Assembly: GCA_041662745.1 (NCBI GenBank)
Contig: JBAZRV010000002.1
Span: forward strand, 21,785 to 85,784
Source of the DNA: Patescibacteria group bacterium
Lineage (GTDB): Bacteria > Patescibacteriota > Patescibacteriia > 2-01-FULL-39-33
Direction of reading: 5' to 3'
Length of the DNA stretch: 64,000 bases
Shown here: positions 43,627 to 52,350 of the stretch, piece after piece
Layout of the letters: each line of letters starts with the position of its first letter
Position numbering within the stretch: the stretch's first letter is position 1
Program-made: the position numbers and the translations under genes
The notes under the pieces: model-generated
What the model was told of the DNA's origin: nothing
What the model saw: only the letters and a program-made list of their open reading frames with translations
Database searches by the model: none

Positions 43627-44442
43627 ATGAGATCTAAATCTTTTAAAACACCGGAGTTTAAAGCTCCTGTTGATATTTCGGATGAATCCGAGAAAGACAG
43701 AGAAAATGAGCCAACATTACCGGAACGTCTTGATGATGGTGAGGCAGAAGAAGAAATCAACAAAAAGGTTGACTTAGCGGCAGTGATTGATGAATATTTA
43801 AAATTAGAAAGTGCCTGTTTTAAAGTTAATGATAGAAATACTATTATTGAGGCAACCGTTCAAGATTTAGCTCGCTTAGTTTTAGAATTAAAAGATAAAT
43901 TAGCCGATTATGATGCTATTGTCAGCGATGATAGCAGCGGCCGTTTACCCTCATTACTTTTTAGAAGAATAATTAATAGACAAAAAAGAAAAAGCGGCCG
44001 GAAGGGGATACAAACCTTTTTTGTTTCTAGCGGCCGTCATAATTATTCTGAAATAATTTCCGGTTTGAGAGAATTTTTTGTTAAGAATCAGGAACAATTA
44101 GGCAGGGTATTATTAGTTACAGAATATATTGATAGCGGCAGGAGCATTTCCAGGTTAATTGGTATTATGCAAGAAGCGGGGGTTAATTTTGATTTGGCCG
44201 CTGTTTCTCTGTCAGGTGATGCCGCTAGTTACAATGATCAACAGCAACTCTATCAGCATTTGAGATACGGCGGTGTAAATAACGGCGGTCTTTATTTTTT
44301 TGAGCATCCCGGTCGAGGCGTTAAGAAAAACTGCGATAAGGTTCATCCGGTAAAGAGTTTTGTGGTAAGTCAAAAAAAGATTAACGCCAGTCGCAATAAT
44401 ATTAATTATTTAGCCGATCAGTTAGCTGTTTTAGCCGATTAA
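43627..44442 (+). CDS. Hypothetical protein with an acidic N-terminus and a phosphoribosyltransferase-like motif
   Basis: VLLVTEYIDSGRSISRL resembles a type I PRTase PRPP-binding loop; weak. Confidence 0.35.
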   Translation: MRSKSFKTPEFKAPVDISDESEKDRENEPTLPERLDDGEAEEEINKKVDLAAVIDEYLKLESACFKVNDRNTIIEATVQDLARLVLELKDKLADYDAIVSDDSSGRLPSLLFRRIINRQKRKSGRKGIQTFFVSSGRHNYSEIISGLREFFVKNQEQLGRVLLVTEYIDSGRSISRLIGIMQEAGVNFDLAAVSLSGDAASYNDQQQLYQHLRYGGVNNGGLYFFEHPGRGVKKNCDKVHPVKSFVVSQKKINASRNNINYLADQLAVLAD

Positions 44443-44445
44443 AAT

Positions 44446-45312
44446 ATGATTACACACCTCAAAAACATTGTTAGCAGCGCGCAACGGGGCAAGTATGCCT
44501 TGGGCGCCTTTAATACTTCCAATTTGGAAGTGACACTGGGCATTATTCGTGGTGCGGCGGCGCAGAAGTCTCCGGTGATTGTCCAAGTCTCCGAAAGCAC
44601 TATTAAGTATGCCGGCTTGACCAATATCACGGAATTGATTAAGATTATTGCTGCCAATGACGGCAAGAAAATTCCCATAGCCATCCACCTGGATCACGGC
44701 CATACCTTTCAAATCGTGGCCGATTGCGTTAAGGCGGGGTTTTCTTCGGTTCATATAGACGGTTCGGATCTGCCTTTTGAGAAGAATATCGCCTTAACTA
44801 AGAAGGCCGCGATTTTTGCTCATCGTCATGGCGTTTGGGCGCAAGCCGAATTAGGGGCAATGCTGGGCAAAGAGGGCACGGTGCTTAAGAATGTGCCCAA
44901 AGACCCTAATGCTTACATGACTGATCCGGCTAAGGTGAAGGAGTTTGTCCGCCGTACCGGCGCAGATACCTTGGCAATTTCTGTCGGCACCATGCACGGT
45001 TATTATCAGGGCCGGGAGAAGATTGATTTCCCCCGCTTAAAGAAAATTCAGCAAGAGATTCCGCAGACGCCTCTGGTGCTTCATGGCGCTTCCGGCTTAT
45101 CCGACAGCGATTTGCGTTCAGCCGCCAAGTTCGGCGTCAGGATTGTCAATATTGATACGGATCTGCGTCGCGCCTTTACGCAAGCGTTAAGGCGGACAAT
45201 CAAAACTGCGCCCAAGAACCATTATGACCCGCGCCAAATTTTAAAGCCGTCAATTGAAGCCGTGGCCGCCGAAACGGAACGCTTAATCAAATTGTTCGGC
45301 AGCGGACGCTAA
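44446..45312 (+). CDS. fba: Class II fructose-bisphosphate aldolase
   Basis: GKYALGAFNTSNLE...HLDHG metal-binding motifs. Confidence 0.88.
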   Translation: MITHLKNIVSSAQRGKYALGAFNTSNLEVTLGIIRGAAAQKSPVIVQVSESTIKYAGLTNITELIKIIAANDGKKIPIAIHLDHGHTFQIVADCVKAGFSSVHIDGSDLPFEKNIALTKKAAIFAHRHGVWAQAELGAMLGKEGTVLKNVPKDPNAYMTDPAKVKEFVRRTGADTLAISVGTMHGYYQGREKIDFPRLKKIQQEIPQTPLVLHGASGLSDSDLRSAAKFGVRIVNIDTDLRRAFTQALRRTIKTAPKNHYDPRQILKPSIEAVAAETERLIKLFGSGR

Positions 45313-45317
45313 ATTTT

Positions 45318-46184
45318 ATGTTGTTAAATATCACAGTCTTAATAATTTTAATAATTTCCTTGATTTTGCTGGCTCGCATTATCTGGCGGCATTTGCCGGA
45401 ACTGAAGATCTTGGATATCAATTCCATTCCCAAGGAAAAACACGTTGACACCAAAGCTAAGATTTTGGAGTCAAAGTTTTTGCGCCAAAGCGATAAGACG
45501 CGCCAGCGTTTGGATAAAGTGATCGGGCCGATTAAGGCCGGCGTGGGCGGGTTGAAAAGCAGATTGCAAGAGCAGGTGCAGACATTGGAGAAAAAATATC
45601 AACGCCACGGGGAAGTAGAGGAGGCGAAAACCAAAAGCATCAACGATTTATTCGTGGAAGCGGAGCAATTGCTGGCTAAAGATGATTTGGCGGCGGCGGA
45701 AAGGGATTTGATTGAGATTATTTCCCGCGATAAAAAGAGTATCCGCGCCTATGAATTATTATCCGACGTGTATCGAAGCGGAAAAAATTATGAGCAGGCG
45801 GCCGAGGTGATTAAATATTTGATCAAGCTTAAATCGCTCAAGTACCGCAAAAAGAATCCGGTTGAACCGTTGCAAAAGGAAAAATTGGAAGATACGGAAG
45901 CGGCTATGCTGGAGACGATTAATGTGGATGTGGAAATCGCTGGCTATTATGATGACCTGGGCAAGGTTTATGAGATTTTAGGTAAAATTGACAAGGCTTT
46001 GGATAACTACCTCAAAGCCAACGCCATTGAACCCAATAACCCCAAATACCTGGATAAAGTCATTGATTTGGCTATTCTGGTCAAGGATAAGGGGTTGGCC
46101 AAGAAAACCTATCGCCAACTAAAGGAGATTAATCCGGAAAATGCCAAATTGGCCCGATTTAAAGAGGCGCTTGAAAAAATGTAA
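45318..46184 (+). CDS. Membrane-anchored TPR-repeat protein
   Basis: N-terminal TM helix; TPR-like helical repeats (AYELLSDVYRSGKNYEQAAE...). Confidence 0.55.
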   Translation: MLLNITVLIILIISLILLARIIWRHLPELKILDINSIPKEKHVDTKAKILESKFLRQSDKTRQRLDKVIGPIKAGVGGLKSRLQEQVQTLEKKYQRHGEVEEAKTKSINDLFVEAEQLLAKDDLAAAERDLIEIISRDKKSIRAYELLSDVYRSGKNYEQAAEVIKYLIKLKSLKYRKKNPVEPLQKEKLEDTEAAMLETINVDVEIAGYYDDLGKVYEILGKIDKALDNYLKANAIEPNNPKYLDKVIDLAILVKDKGLAKKTYRQLKEINPENAKLARFKEALEKM

Positions 46185-46214
46185 GAAGTGTGCTAAAATA
46201 GTTCTGTTGTTTTC

Positions 46215-46287
46215 GCCGTTGTAGCTCAGTTGGTAGAGCGCATCCATGGTAAGGATGAGGTCTCCGGTTCAAGCCCGGACAACGGCT
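46215..46287 (+). tRNA. tRNA-Thr (anticodon GGT)
   Basis: Cloverleaf folded by hand: acceptor GCCGTTG/CAACGGC, D-arm GCTC/GAGC, anticodon loop ATGGTAA, T-arm TCCGG-TTCAAGC-CCGGA; no encoded CCA. Confidence 0.85.
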
Positions 46288-46322
46288 TAGGTGGTAAAAT
46301 CGTATTATTAGGTTATAAACTC

Positions 46323-46404
46323 GGGTCGGTACCAAAGCGGTCAACTGGGGGAGACTGTAAATCTCTTGGCTCTGCCTTCGGGGGTTCGAATCCCTCCCGG
46401 CCCA
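46323..46404 (+). tRNA. tRNA-Tyr (anticodon GTA), class II with 13-nt variable arm
   Basis: Acceptor GGGTCGG/CCGGCCC, anticodon loop CTGTAAA, variable arm TGGCTCTGCCTTC, T-arm GGGGG-TTCGAAT-CCCTC. Confidence 0.85.
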
Positions 46405-46418
46405 TATCAAAAAGAAAA

Positions 46419-46446
46419 ACAGGATATTATCCTGTTTTTCTTTTTG
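46419..46446 (+). terminator. Terminator after the tRNA pair
   Basis: CAGGATA-T-TATCCTG palindrome followed by TTTTTCTTTTT. Confidence 0.7.
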
Positions 46447-46623
46447 ACTTGAGTTGTCGATAGGATTCGAACAGGCGGTTAATTGAGCCAGAAGTCCGAC
46501 GGAAGGAGGACGACGCAGCGAAATTACAGCCAATCCGAGCTGGCGTAGGATTGGCGACCACCCAGGACAGAAGAAATTGCCAGATTCTGCTGGCGATTTC
46601 TGTCGGAAATCCCTCCCGGCCCA
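46447..46623 (+). ncRNA. GC-rich structured element ending in a copy of the tRNA-Tyr 3' end (candidate tRNA-linked ncRNA or degraded att repeat), copy 1
   Basis: 5' GGATTCGAAC, internal helices (GCCAATCC/GGATTGGC; GCCAG/CTGGC), 3' CGGAAATCCCTCCCGGCCCA; own downstream terminator. Confidence 0.3.
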
Positions 46624-46632
46624 TAAATTTAA

Positions 46633-46660
46633 AAACGCAGGCTTTATGCCTGTGTTTTTA
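46633..46660 (+). terminator. Terminator after structured element 1
   Basis: ACGCAGGC-TTTAT-GCCTGTGT followed by TTTTT. Confidence 0.6.
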
Positions 46661-46671
46661 AATTTATAAGT

Positions 46672-46840
46672 TGAGAGCGGGATTCGAACGGGTCAGCAGT
46701 GAAGCAAGTTCCGAGGCGGAAGCCGAGGAATGAAGCTGAACGCCGACAGTTGCGACCCTGGGAGCAACTGGCGCTGACCCGGGACAAATGAACTCGTCGC
46801 TTTTGGGCGGCGAGTGAGCGCGGAAATCCCTCCCGGCCCA
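46672..46840 (+). ncRNA. GC-rich structured element ending in a copy of the tRNA-Tyr 3' end, copy 2 (diverged paralog of copy 1)
   Basis: 5' GAGCGGGATTCGAAC; long-range helix CGGGTCAGC/GCTGACCCG; hairpins CAGTTGC/GCAACTG and CTCGTCGC/GCGGCGAG; 3' CGGAAATCCCTCCCGGCCCA; possible -10 TATAAG at 46665. Confidence 0.3.
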
Positions 46841-46847
46841 ATTTTGT

Positions 46848-46877
46848 AAAAGAGTGGTTAATCGCCGCTCTTTTTGT
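46848..46877 (+). terminator. Terminator after structured element 2
   Basis: AAAAGAGTGG-TTAATCG-CCGCTCTTTT then TG. Confidence 0.6.
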
Positions 46878-46902
46878 TATAATAAATCCATAAAATAATT
46901 TT

Positions 46903-47754
46903 ATGGCAAATAATAAACAAGTCACTATTTTTGAGGGTCAGAAAATTCGTCGGCATTATGATGAAAAAAATGAAAAATGGTATTTTTCGGTTATTGATAT
47001 TATTGCCGTATTGATTGAACAACTTGATTTTAAAAAAGCCAAGAGTTATTGGGCAACTCTTAAAAATCGGCTAAGAATGGAGGGAAGTGAGGTGGTCACA
47101 AAATGTGACCAACTGAAAATGCAGTCGGCTGATGGGAAATTTTACCTGACTGATGTGGCCGATGTTGAAGTGATATTCCGTCTCATCCAGTCTGTGCCCA
47201 GCCCTAAAGCCGAGCCAATCAAGCTCTGGTTGGCTAAGGTTGGCTACGAAAGAATTGAGGAAATATCCGATCCTGAAAAAGCGCTTAATCGCAGCCGTGA
47301 TTATTGGCAGAAAATGGGCCGAAGCAAGCAATGGATCCAGCAGAGGATGATGGGTCAGGAAATCAGGAACAAACTGACTGATTATTGGAAGGATAATGAA
47401 GTTAAGAAACAAGATGAATATGCTATTTTGACAAACATAATCCACGAGGAATGGAGTGATCTATCAGTTAAAGACCATAAGAAATTAAAGGGATTGAAGA
47501 CGCAGAATTTACGCGACCACATGAGTGATGCGGAATTGGTTTTTACGGCTTTGGCGGAATTATCTACTCGTCAGATCGCGGAGACTATGTCGACAAAGGG
47601 TTTAGAAGATAATAAAATTCCCGCGAAAAGGGGTGGGCGAATTGCCAAGAATGCGCGGTTGGAATTGGAGCAAAAAACTGGCAGAAAAGTCGTCAGTGGA
47701 AATAATTTTTTTCAATCGGCTAAAAGTGGTAAAAGACTAAAGGGTCAAGGTTGA
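46903..47754 (+). CDS. DinD-like (DNA-damage-inducible protein D) / Bro-N domain protein
   Basis: Pattern similarity to E. coli DinD along the length (KWYFSVIDIIAVL..., KKLKGLKTQNLRDHMSDAELVFTA..., KRGGRIAKNARLELEQKTG). Confidence 0.55.
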   Translation: MANNKQVTIFEGQKIRRHYDEKNEKWYFSVIDIIAVLIEQLDFKKAKSYWATLKNRLRMEGSEVVTKCDQLKMQSADGKFYLTDVADVEVIFRLIQSVPSPKAEPIKLWLAKVGYERIEEISDPEKALNRSRDYWQKMGRSKQWIQQRMMGQEIRNKLTDYWKDNEVKKQDEYAILTNIIHEEWSDLSVKDHKKLKGLKTQNLRDHMSDAELVFTALAELSTRQIAETMSTKGLEDNKIPAKRGGRIAKNARLELEQKTGRKVVSGNNFFQSAKSGKRLKGQG

Positions 47755-47859
47755 TTTTGCGGGGTTTTTGTATTGGTTTTTGACCGAGGTCGGATTAGAT
47801 TCGAACTTTAGATAGTAAATAAATTTGAGATTTGGTATAATATAGCTATATTATTATTT

Positions 47860-48663
47860 ATGTATAATCCTCCAGCCATAAAATCCTCAAAATTTTGGCC
47901 ATTACTTAAAATTGGTTTTAGTCGATTTGTTAAGGATTTTTTCTCGCTCAAATCTTTTTATGTATTGGCTTATAATTTTGTACCGTTTTTAGGAGTGATC
48001 TTAAATTACTACGACTTTTATACTCTGATTTTTGTTTACCTTTTTGAAACTGTCATCTTGGCTTTTTTTGCGATATATAAAACATACTATTTCAAATGGG
48101 AAGAAGTAATGATTTATGCTCCAGTTACAATTATAATTGTCGGCTTTGTGACTTTTTTTGTTTGTTTTGTTGTGGTCGGTTCTATTTCTAGTGGTCAACC
48201 CTTTAAGCTAAGTAGCCTTCTTTTACACTATCCCTTAAAGAGTCCTCTCATAGTTATCGCTAACCTAATCTATTATACCCTTCAAGAGGGCTATTTAATG
48301 ATTAAATCCATGCAGTCTGGCGTTATGAGCAAAGTTAAGAGTTATTTGTCATCAAATTTGATTAAAACTCAAAAGGATTATTTGTTTAATATCGTACTTA
48401 ATCAAATAAATCCAGCCCTGGTCAGAGCGTCTACGCTGTTAGTAGCTGCTTTTTTTACTATGTTTGTTATTTTTCCTGCCGCGATAATATATATTTTTAT
48501 CCGTGCTTATAGCAACAGCGACATTCCTATCGAATATATATTTACTTATTCGGCGATGTTCAGTGTTTGTTTATGGAAGGGGATATTTGATATTTTAACT
48601 CGTATTAATGAAAAATATGATTCTGAAAAACTTAAGGAATTTGAGTTAAAATTAACGTCATAA
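47860..48663 (+). CDS. Hypothetical polytopic membrane protein (AT-rich gene, ~31% GC)
   Basis: 6-7 TM helices; strongly AT-rich relative to flanking genes. Confidence 0.45.
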   Translation: MYNPPAIKSSKFWPLLKIGFSRFVKDFFSLKSFYVLAYNFVPFLGVILNYYDFYTLIFVYLFETVILAFFAIYKTYYFKWEEVMIYAPVTIIIVGFVTFFVCFVVVGSISSGQPFKLSSLLLHYPLKSPLIVIANLIYYTLQEGYLMIKSMQSGVMSKVKSYLSSNLIKTQKDYLFNIVLNQINPALVRASTLLVAAFFTMFVIFPAAIIYIFIRAYSNSDIPIEYIFTYSAMFSVCLWKGIFDILTRINEKYDSEKLKEFELKLTS

Positions 48664-48692
48664 TTTTTTTATTTTAACTTAAAAAATAATTT

Positions 48693-50627
48693 ATGAAAAA
48701 AATTATCATTTTGGCATTCGCGCTGTTCGGTTCCTTGGCTCTTTTTATCGCCGTCTATGCGGATTATTCCCCGTCCCCAGGAGATATCATCAAAGTTGAT
48801 GATAAGACAAAGCCCGCGCTGTATCTGATAGACAGCCAAGGAAATCGCCAATTATACTCTAATGCGGTCACATTCTGGACTTGGCATAGCGGCGATTGGA
48901 ACAATATCAAGGATGTAAATGGCAATAAAGTGACGTTAAAGTTGATTAGCCAAAGCGATTTCGATAATATTCCGAGCACTAAAAATGTAGTTGCGAGAGC
49001 CAATTCGACTTTGCTGAAGTTCGACAATAGCGGCAATATTTATACTGTCGCTGATGATGGCGTAATCAACAAGGTTGCCACTAGTGATGATGATTCCGTA
49101 GCTAAAAAACTCTATGGCGATAATTATAAAAACCAAATAATTGTTATTCAAAATAGCTTTCAAAATGATTACATAGAGGGTCAGCCGTTGACTATTAGTT
49201 CAAGTGTACCCCAGCTAACACAACCGGGACAAGTACTATCTTATATTAGTTGTATTGATTCTGATTATGGATCAGATGGATCAGAGGCTATTTATGATTT
49301 CGGAAAAACTGTACTTAAAAACAGTAATGGAAACGATACTGCATATGAGGATTCTTGTTCTGATATATATACTAATAAAGAATGGCAGTGTAAGCATGAT
49401 GGCACAATACAAGCTGAATCTTTTTATATAGAATGTAGTAATGGTTGTGAAAACGGTCATTGTGTAAAATCATTTGATTCTTCGGTCTGTACTGATTCGG
49501 ATGGTGGACAAAACTACACTGTTCAGGGAGTAATTCGTGGACTCGGTTGGGATAATAAACCCCATGCTAATTTTGACTCTTGCGTAGATGCAACCGTATT
49601 ACGTGAAGGATTTTGCATAGTTCCTACTGGAAACGTAGTAGGCACGCTTTCTTCAAAAGATGTAACTTGCCCCAGTGGTTGTAAAAATGGTGCCTGCGTA
49701 AATCCAGATACTAGTTGTGTTACTGGCCAGCATAAAGAAAATGATAACTGCATATCCGATTTTCAAACCTGCACTATTGCCAATGGTACGGCGCAAAAAA
49801 GTTGGAATGGGACTACTTGGGGGGATTGCACGCTTGCTTCCTGCAATAGTGGTTATGAAAAATATAATAATGAATGTAAAAATAGCAGTTGTGTCGATTC
49901 TGATGGCGGTCAAAATTATTATGTGAAAGGAACTGCTACTATGGGTTGGCAAACTACACCAGATTGGTGCTCAACAGACAGTACTGGCTTAAATTCGGGC
50001 TGGATAGTCGAAGCATGGTGTGACAGTAATGGGATTAGGCAGGATTGGCACTTTTGTCCCGGTGGATGCAGCAACGGTACCTGTCTTCAAGCTACTAGCT
50101 GTTCTTCTGGTCAGCATTTGGAAAATGATCGTTGTGAGGCCAATATAAAATCTTGCAATATGTTGTATGGAACGGGTCAGCAGACATGGGCTAATGGCGC
50201 CTGGAGCGATTGCCAAGCAGTATCTTGTAGTACAAATTATGAAATAAAAAATAATATCTGTGTTGCTGCAACAAAATATTGTAGTCAAACCGATGACGAC
50301 ACCGATACTGGTTTCGTAGTGGGTACTGGAATTCAAACCTGGAATGGCGATTCATGGGGTATGTGTAATGCGACCTCCTGTCTGCCAGGATTTGAATTGA
50401 ATGGAAATAGGTGTTTTGCCTCTTTTCATCCTAATTGTGTTGATTATGATAGTGGTAAAGATTATTTTACTAAGAGTTATACTATGTTTGGTAGCGGTTT
50501 TGGCTATGATTATTGCGATACCAGTCATAATAATGATTTAGGCGAATGGTATTGTTTGAATAATATGTATAATTTGCAATATTATACTTGCCCCAAGGGT
50601 TGCAGTAATGGGGCTTGCATTCAATAA
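48693..50627 (+). CDS. Secreted modular cysteine-rich repeat protein
   Basis: Signal peptide; repeated modules CxDSDGGQNYxVxG, CPxGCxNGxC, and 3 copies of C..GQH.END.C...C...GT.Q.W.G..W..C...C..GYE..NN.C. Confidence 0.55.
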   Translation: MKKIIILAFALFGSLALFIAVYADYSPSPGDIIKVDDKTKPALYLIDSQGNRQLYSNAVTFWTWHSGDWNNIKDVNGNKVTLKLISQSDFDNIPSTKNVVARANSTLLKFDNSGNIYTVADDGVINKVATSDDDSVAKKLYGDNYKNQIIVIQNSFQNDYIEGQPLTISSSVPQLTQPGQVLSYISCIDSDYGSDGSEAIYDFGKTVLKNSNGNDTAYEDSCSDIYTNKEWQCKHDGTIQAESFYIECSNGCENGHCVKSFDSSVCTDSDGGQNYTVQGVIRGLGWDNKPHANFDSCVDATVLREGFCIVPTGNVVGTLSSKDVTCPSGCKNGACVNPDTSCVTGQHKENDNCISDFQTCTIANGTAQKSWNGTTWGDCTLASCNSGYEKYNNECKNSSCVDSDGGQNYYVKGTATMGWQTTPDWCSTDSTGLNSGWIVEAWCDSNGIRQDWHFCPGGCSNGTCLQATSCSSGQHLENDRCEANIKSCNMLYGTGQQTWANGAWSDCQAVSCSTNYEIKNNICVAATKYCSQTDDDTDTGFVVGTGIQTWNGDSWGMCNATSCLPGFELNGNRCFASFHPNCVDYDSGKDYFTKSYTMFGSGFGYDYCDTSHNNDLGEWYCLNNMYNLQYYTCPKGCSNGACIQ

Positions 50628-50769
50628 CTAATTTATATTGTTTAGCGGTAAGGCAAGATAGTTTCTTTAGTTAAAGTGTAAATTTTTTTTTCGGTTCGGA
50701 ATAACGGGATTCCGCGCCACATTACACTTGACAAGTGGTCAAACAATACCATAAGATATAAACATAAAG

Positions 50770-50812
50770 TCTCCTGCGCCAGTGAAAGCTGAGTGCAGGA
50801 CTTTTGTTTTTT
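50770..50812 (+). terminator. Terminator downstream of the Cys-rich gene
   Basis: TCCTGC...GCAGGA hairpin followed by CTTTTGTTTTTT. Confidence 0.5.
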
Positions 50813-50823
50813 AATACGAAATA

Positions 50824-50853
50824 AAAAGACGCCGAGAACTTTCCGTTCTCGGC
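50824..50853 (-). terminator. Terminator for the minus-strand gene 50878-51255
   Basis: GCCGAGAAC-TTTCC-GTTCTCGGC; T-tract on the minus strand. Confidence 0.6.
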
Positions 50854-50877
50854 GTTTCGTACGATTTGAAAGATCAA

Positions 50878-51255
50878 TCACCCCCTCGCTTCTTTTATGA
50901 GTTGTTTGAACCTTTCAGTTTTTTCATCGAATTCAATGTAGAGCTCAACATTGGGAAAACGGCCAAAATCACCTCGTTCAAAATCGTCGGCGCTTTCGCC
51001 TGTCAGGAAAAAGATGAACCTTATTTGCGGATTTCTCTGCACGCATTCCAACAGTTTTTCCCATTGTCGGCGATTTAGTGTTGGATATACAAGTAATACA
51101 TTAAGGTTTAATGGGTCATTGTCATCTCTCTCGTTATTGGCGCCTAGATATGATAACTTATCAATGTACTGGATATGAACTCCCTGTTCGTCGGCTAATT
51201 TGCAGAATACATGCATGCAGCTTGGCATATGTTTATCAAACAACCCGATTCTCAT
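50878..51255 (-). CDS. Hypothetical protein with flavodoxin/receiver-like alternating beta-alpha pattern
   Basis: MRIGLFDK...NVLLVYP...IRFIFFLTG; no canonical REC Asp pocket. Confidence 0.4.
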   Translation of the reverse strand: MRIGLFDKHMPSCMHVFCKLADEQGVHIQYIDKLSYLGANNERDDNDPLNLNVLLVYPTLNRRQWEKLLECVQRNPQIRFIFFLTGESADDFERGDFGRFPNVELYIEFDEKTERFKQLIKEARG

Positions 51256-51355
51256 TGCATTTCTCCTTCTTCGTTGTTATTTTTTAGCTTAATGAAAATG
51301 TAAAAGTGCGAGTAGAGAACAATCTTCGTCGCTATTATATCCTGTTTACCGAATT

Positions 51356-51402
51356 TTGTCAAGAAATTAGATGTTGACAAATTATATTATATGCTGTATG
51401 AT
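51356..51402 (+). promoter_or_regulatory. Promoter (TTGACA-17-TATGAT) overlapped by the inverted repeat TTGTCAA-N11-TTGACAA
   Basis: Seen directly; lies ~160 nt upstream of the GC-rich gene, with a GC-rich hairpin-containing leader in between. Confidence 0.4.
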
Positions 51403-51561
51403 ATATCATTAGTTCATTAACAGGTTGATAAGTTTTATGTCCTGGCTTTCTTTTTGTTTAATTTAAGTTAAATCAGATAAAAAGAAAGCCGGGAAAAGTC
51501 CTGGTTTCTTCCTGGCCGTAGCGGTTGGGAATACTGCCTCACAGAGGCGGAAAGGCAAGTT

Positions 51562-52350
51562 ATGGCAAGACGCAAGGCAAGTGTGGCAGCTCTTTTGGCC
51601 ATGCTGAAAGATCTGAGCCCGGAAGAATTATTGGCCTTGACGGACAATCCCGGCGAAGTGAAGAAGCTTGGTGGCGAGCTTGTCATCAAGGAAATCGTGA
51701 ATACTTTCGCCATTCCCTTGTCCGACAGTGAGATGCTGGAGCGATTCCCGCAGTTCGCCGATCGTCTCATCCCCTGGCGCAAGCTGGCGGCTCTGATGGG
51801 CTACACTGGTCCCGTCGCCTGGCTTATCAAGCAGGGCTTCACACTGAAGAAGCACGCCCCGCTCGTCGGCCCCTGCTACGATAATCTCGGCTACCTTCAG
51901 GGCTGGAATTTCGGCGACAATCCCACCGACGATTGCCTGGTGTTCTGGGTGCCCCGTTTGGCGAAGAATAGCACGGGCAAGACAATCAAAGCGATGGAAA
52001 AGCACCGCGCCGAACTCAAGAAGCGCTATAAGCTTCCTGGCAATCACGCGACCTACTTCGGCTCGATTCAACTCCAGTTTGCTCTCACCCTCGCGCATTT
52101 TAAGCGCACGGGCGAACGCGTACCGCTGAATCTCCGCTATGCCGCGTCGGACACCTTGTATAACGGCTCTCGTCTCATCGCTGGCTCTTTCGAAGACAGC
52201 GGGTTCTACTGCGACCATTGGGCCGAGTTTGGCTTCGGCGGTATCGGTTTCGTGCTTCTGGGAGTGGAGAAGCTCAATCAACAAAACTCCACACCTCAAC
52301 CGGGAGATGAAAAATGCTTGAACGAAAAGCTCGGCAACGAAAGAAATTAG
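51562..52350 (+). CDS. Hypothetical protein, GC-rich (~56% GC); distant paralog of 32329-33093
   Basis: RBS GGAAAGG; shared motifs with the 32329 protein (TxNPxE, GFxL...PxxGxC, HFKRTGE...SDTLYNG); abrupt GC shift. Confidence 0.5.
   Translation: MARRKASVAALLAMLKDLSPEELLALTDNPGEVKKLGGELVIKEIVNTFAIPLSDSEMLERFPQFADRLIPWRKLAALMGYTGPVAWLIKQGFTLKKHAPLVGPCYDNLGYLQGWNFGDNPTDDCLVFWVPRLAKNSTGKTIKAMEKHRAELKKRYKLPGNHATYFGSIQLQFALTLAHFKRTGERVPLNLRYAASDTLYNGSRLIAGSFEDSGFYCDHWAEFGFGGIGFVLLGVEKLNQQNSTPQPGDEKCLNEKLGNERN

Noticed and set aside
46159-46533. ORFs 46230-46463(+) and 46159-46533(-) from the six-frame track
   Set aside because: They overlap tRNA-Thr and tRNA-Tyr and the tRNA terminator; they are artefacts of GC-rich RNA sequence.
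46447-46840. tmRNA, RNase P or SRP RNA identity for the structured elements
   Set aside because: No 5' GGGG strand is present to pair with the 3' CCGGCCC as a tmRNA acceptor stem requires. No tag-peptide reading frame is visible. The length of about 175 nt is too short for RNase P, and the conserved SRP helix-8 motif is absent.
46427-46925. ORFs 46427-46624(-) and 46644-46925(-), both containing GREGFP
   Set aside because: The shared peptide is just the reverse-complement translation of the repeated tRNA-like 3' end GGAAATCCCTCCCGGCCCA; there is no RBS and the composition is typical of structured RNA.
50700-50812. Possible tiny sRNA (TTGACA...TAAGAT promoter followed by hairpin and U-tract) downstream of the Cys-rich gene
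   Set aside because: The promoter spacing is 18 nt and the -10 is weak. The hairpin is adequately explained as the terminator of the upstream gene.
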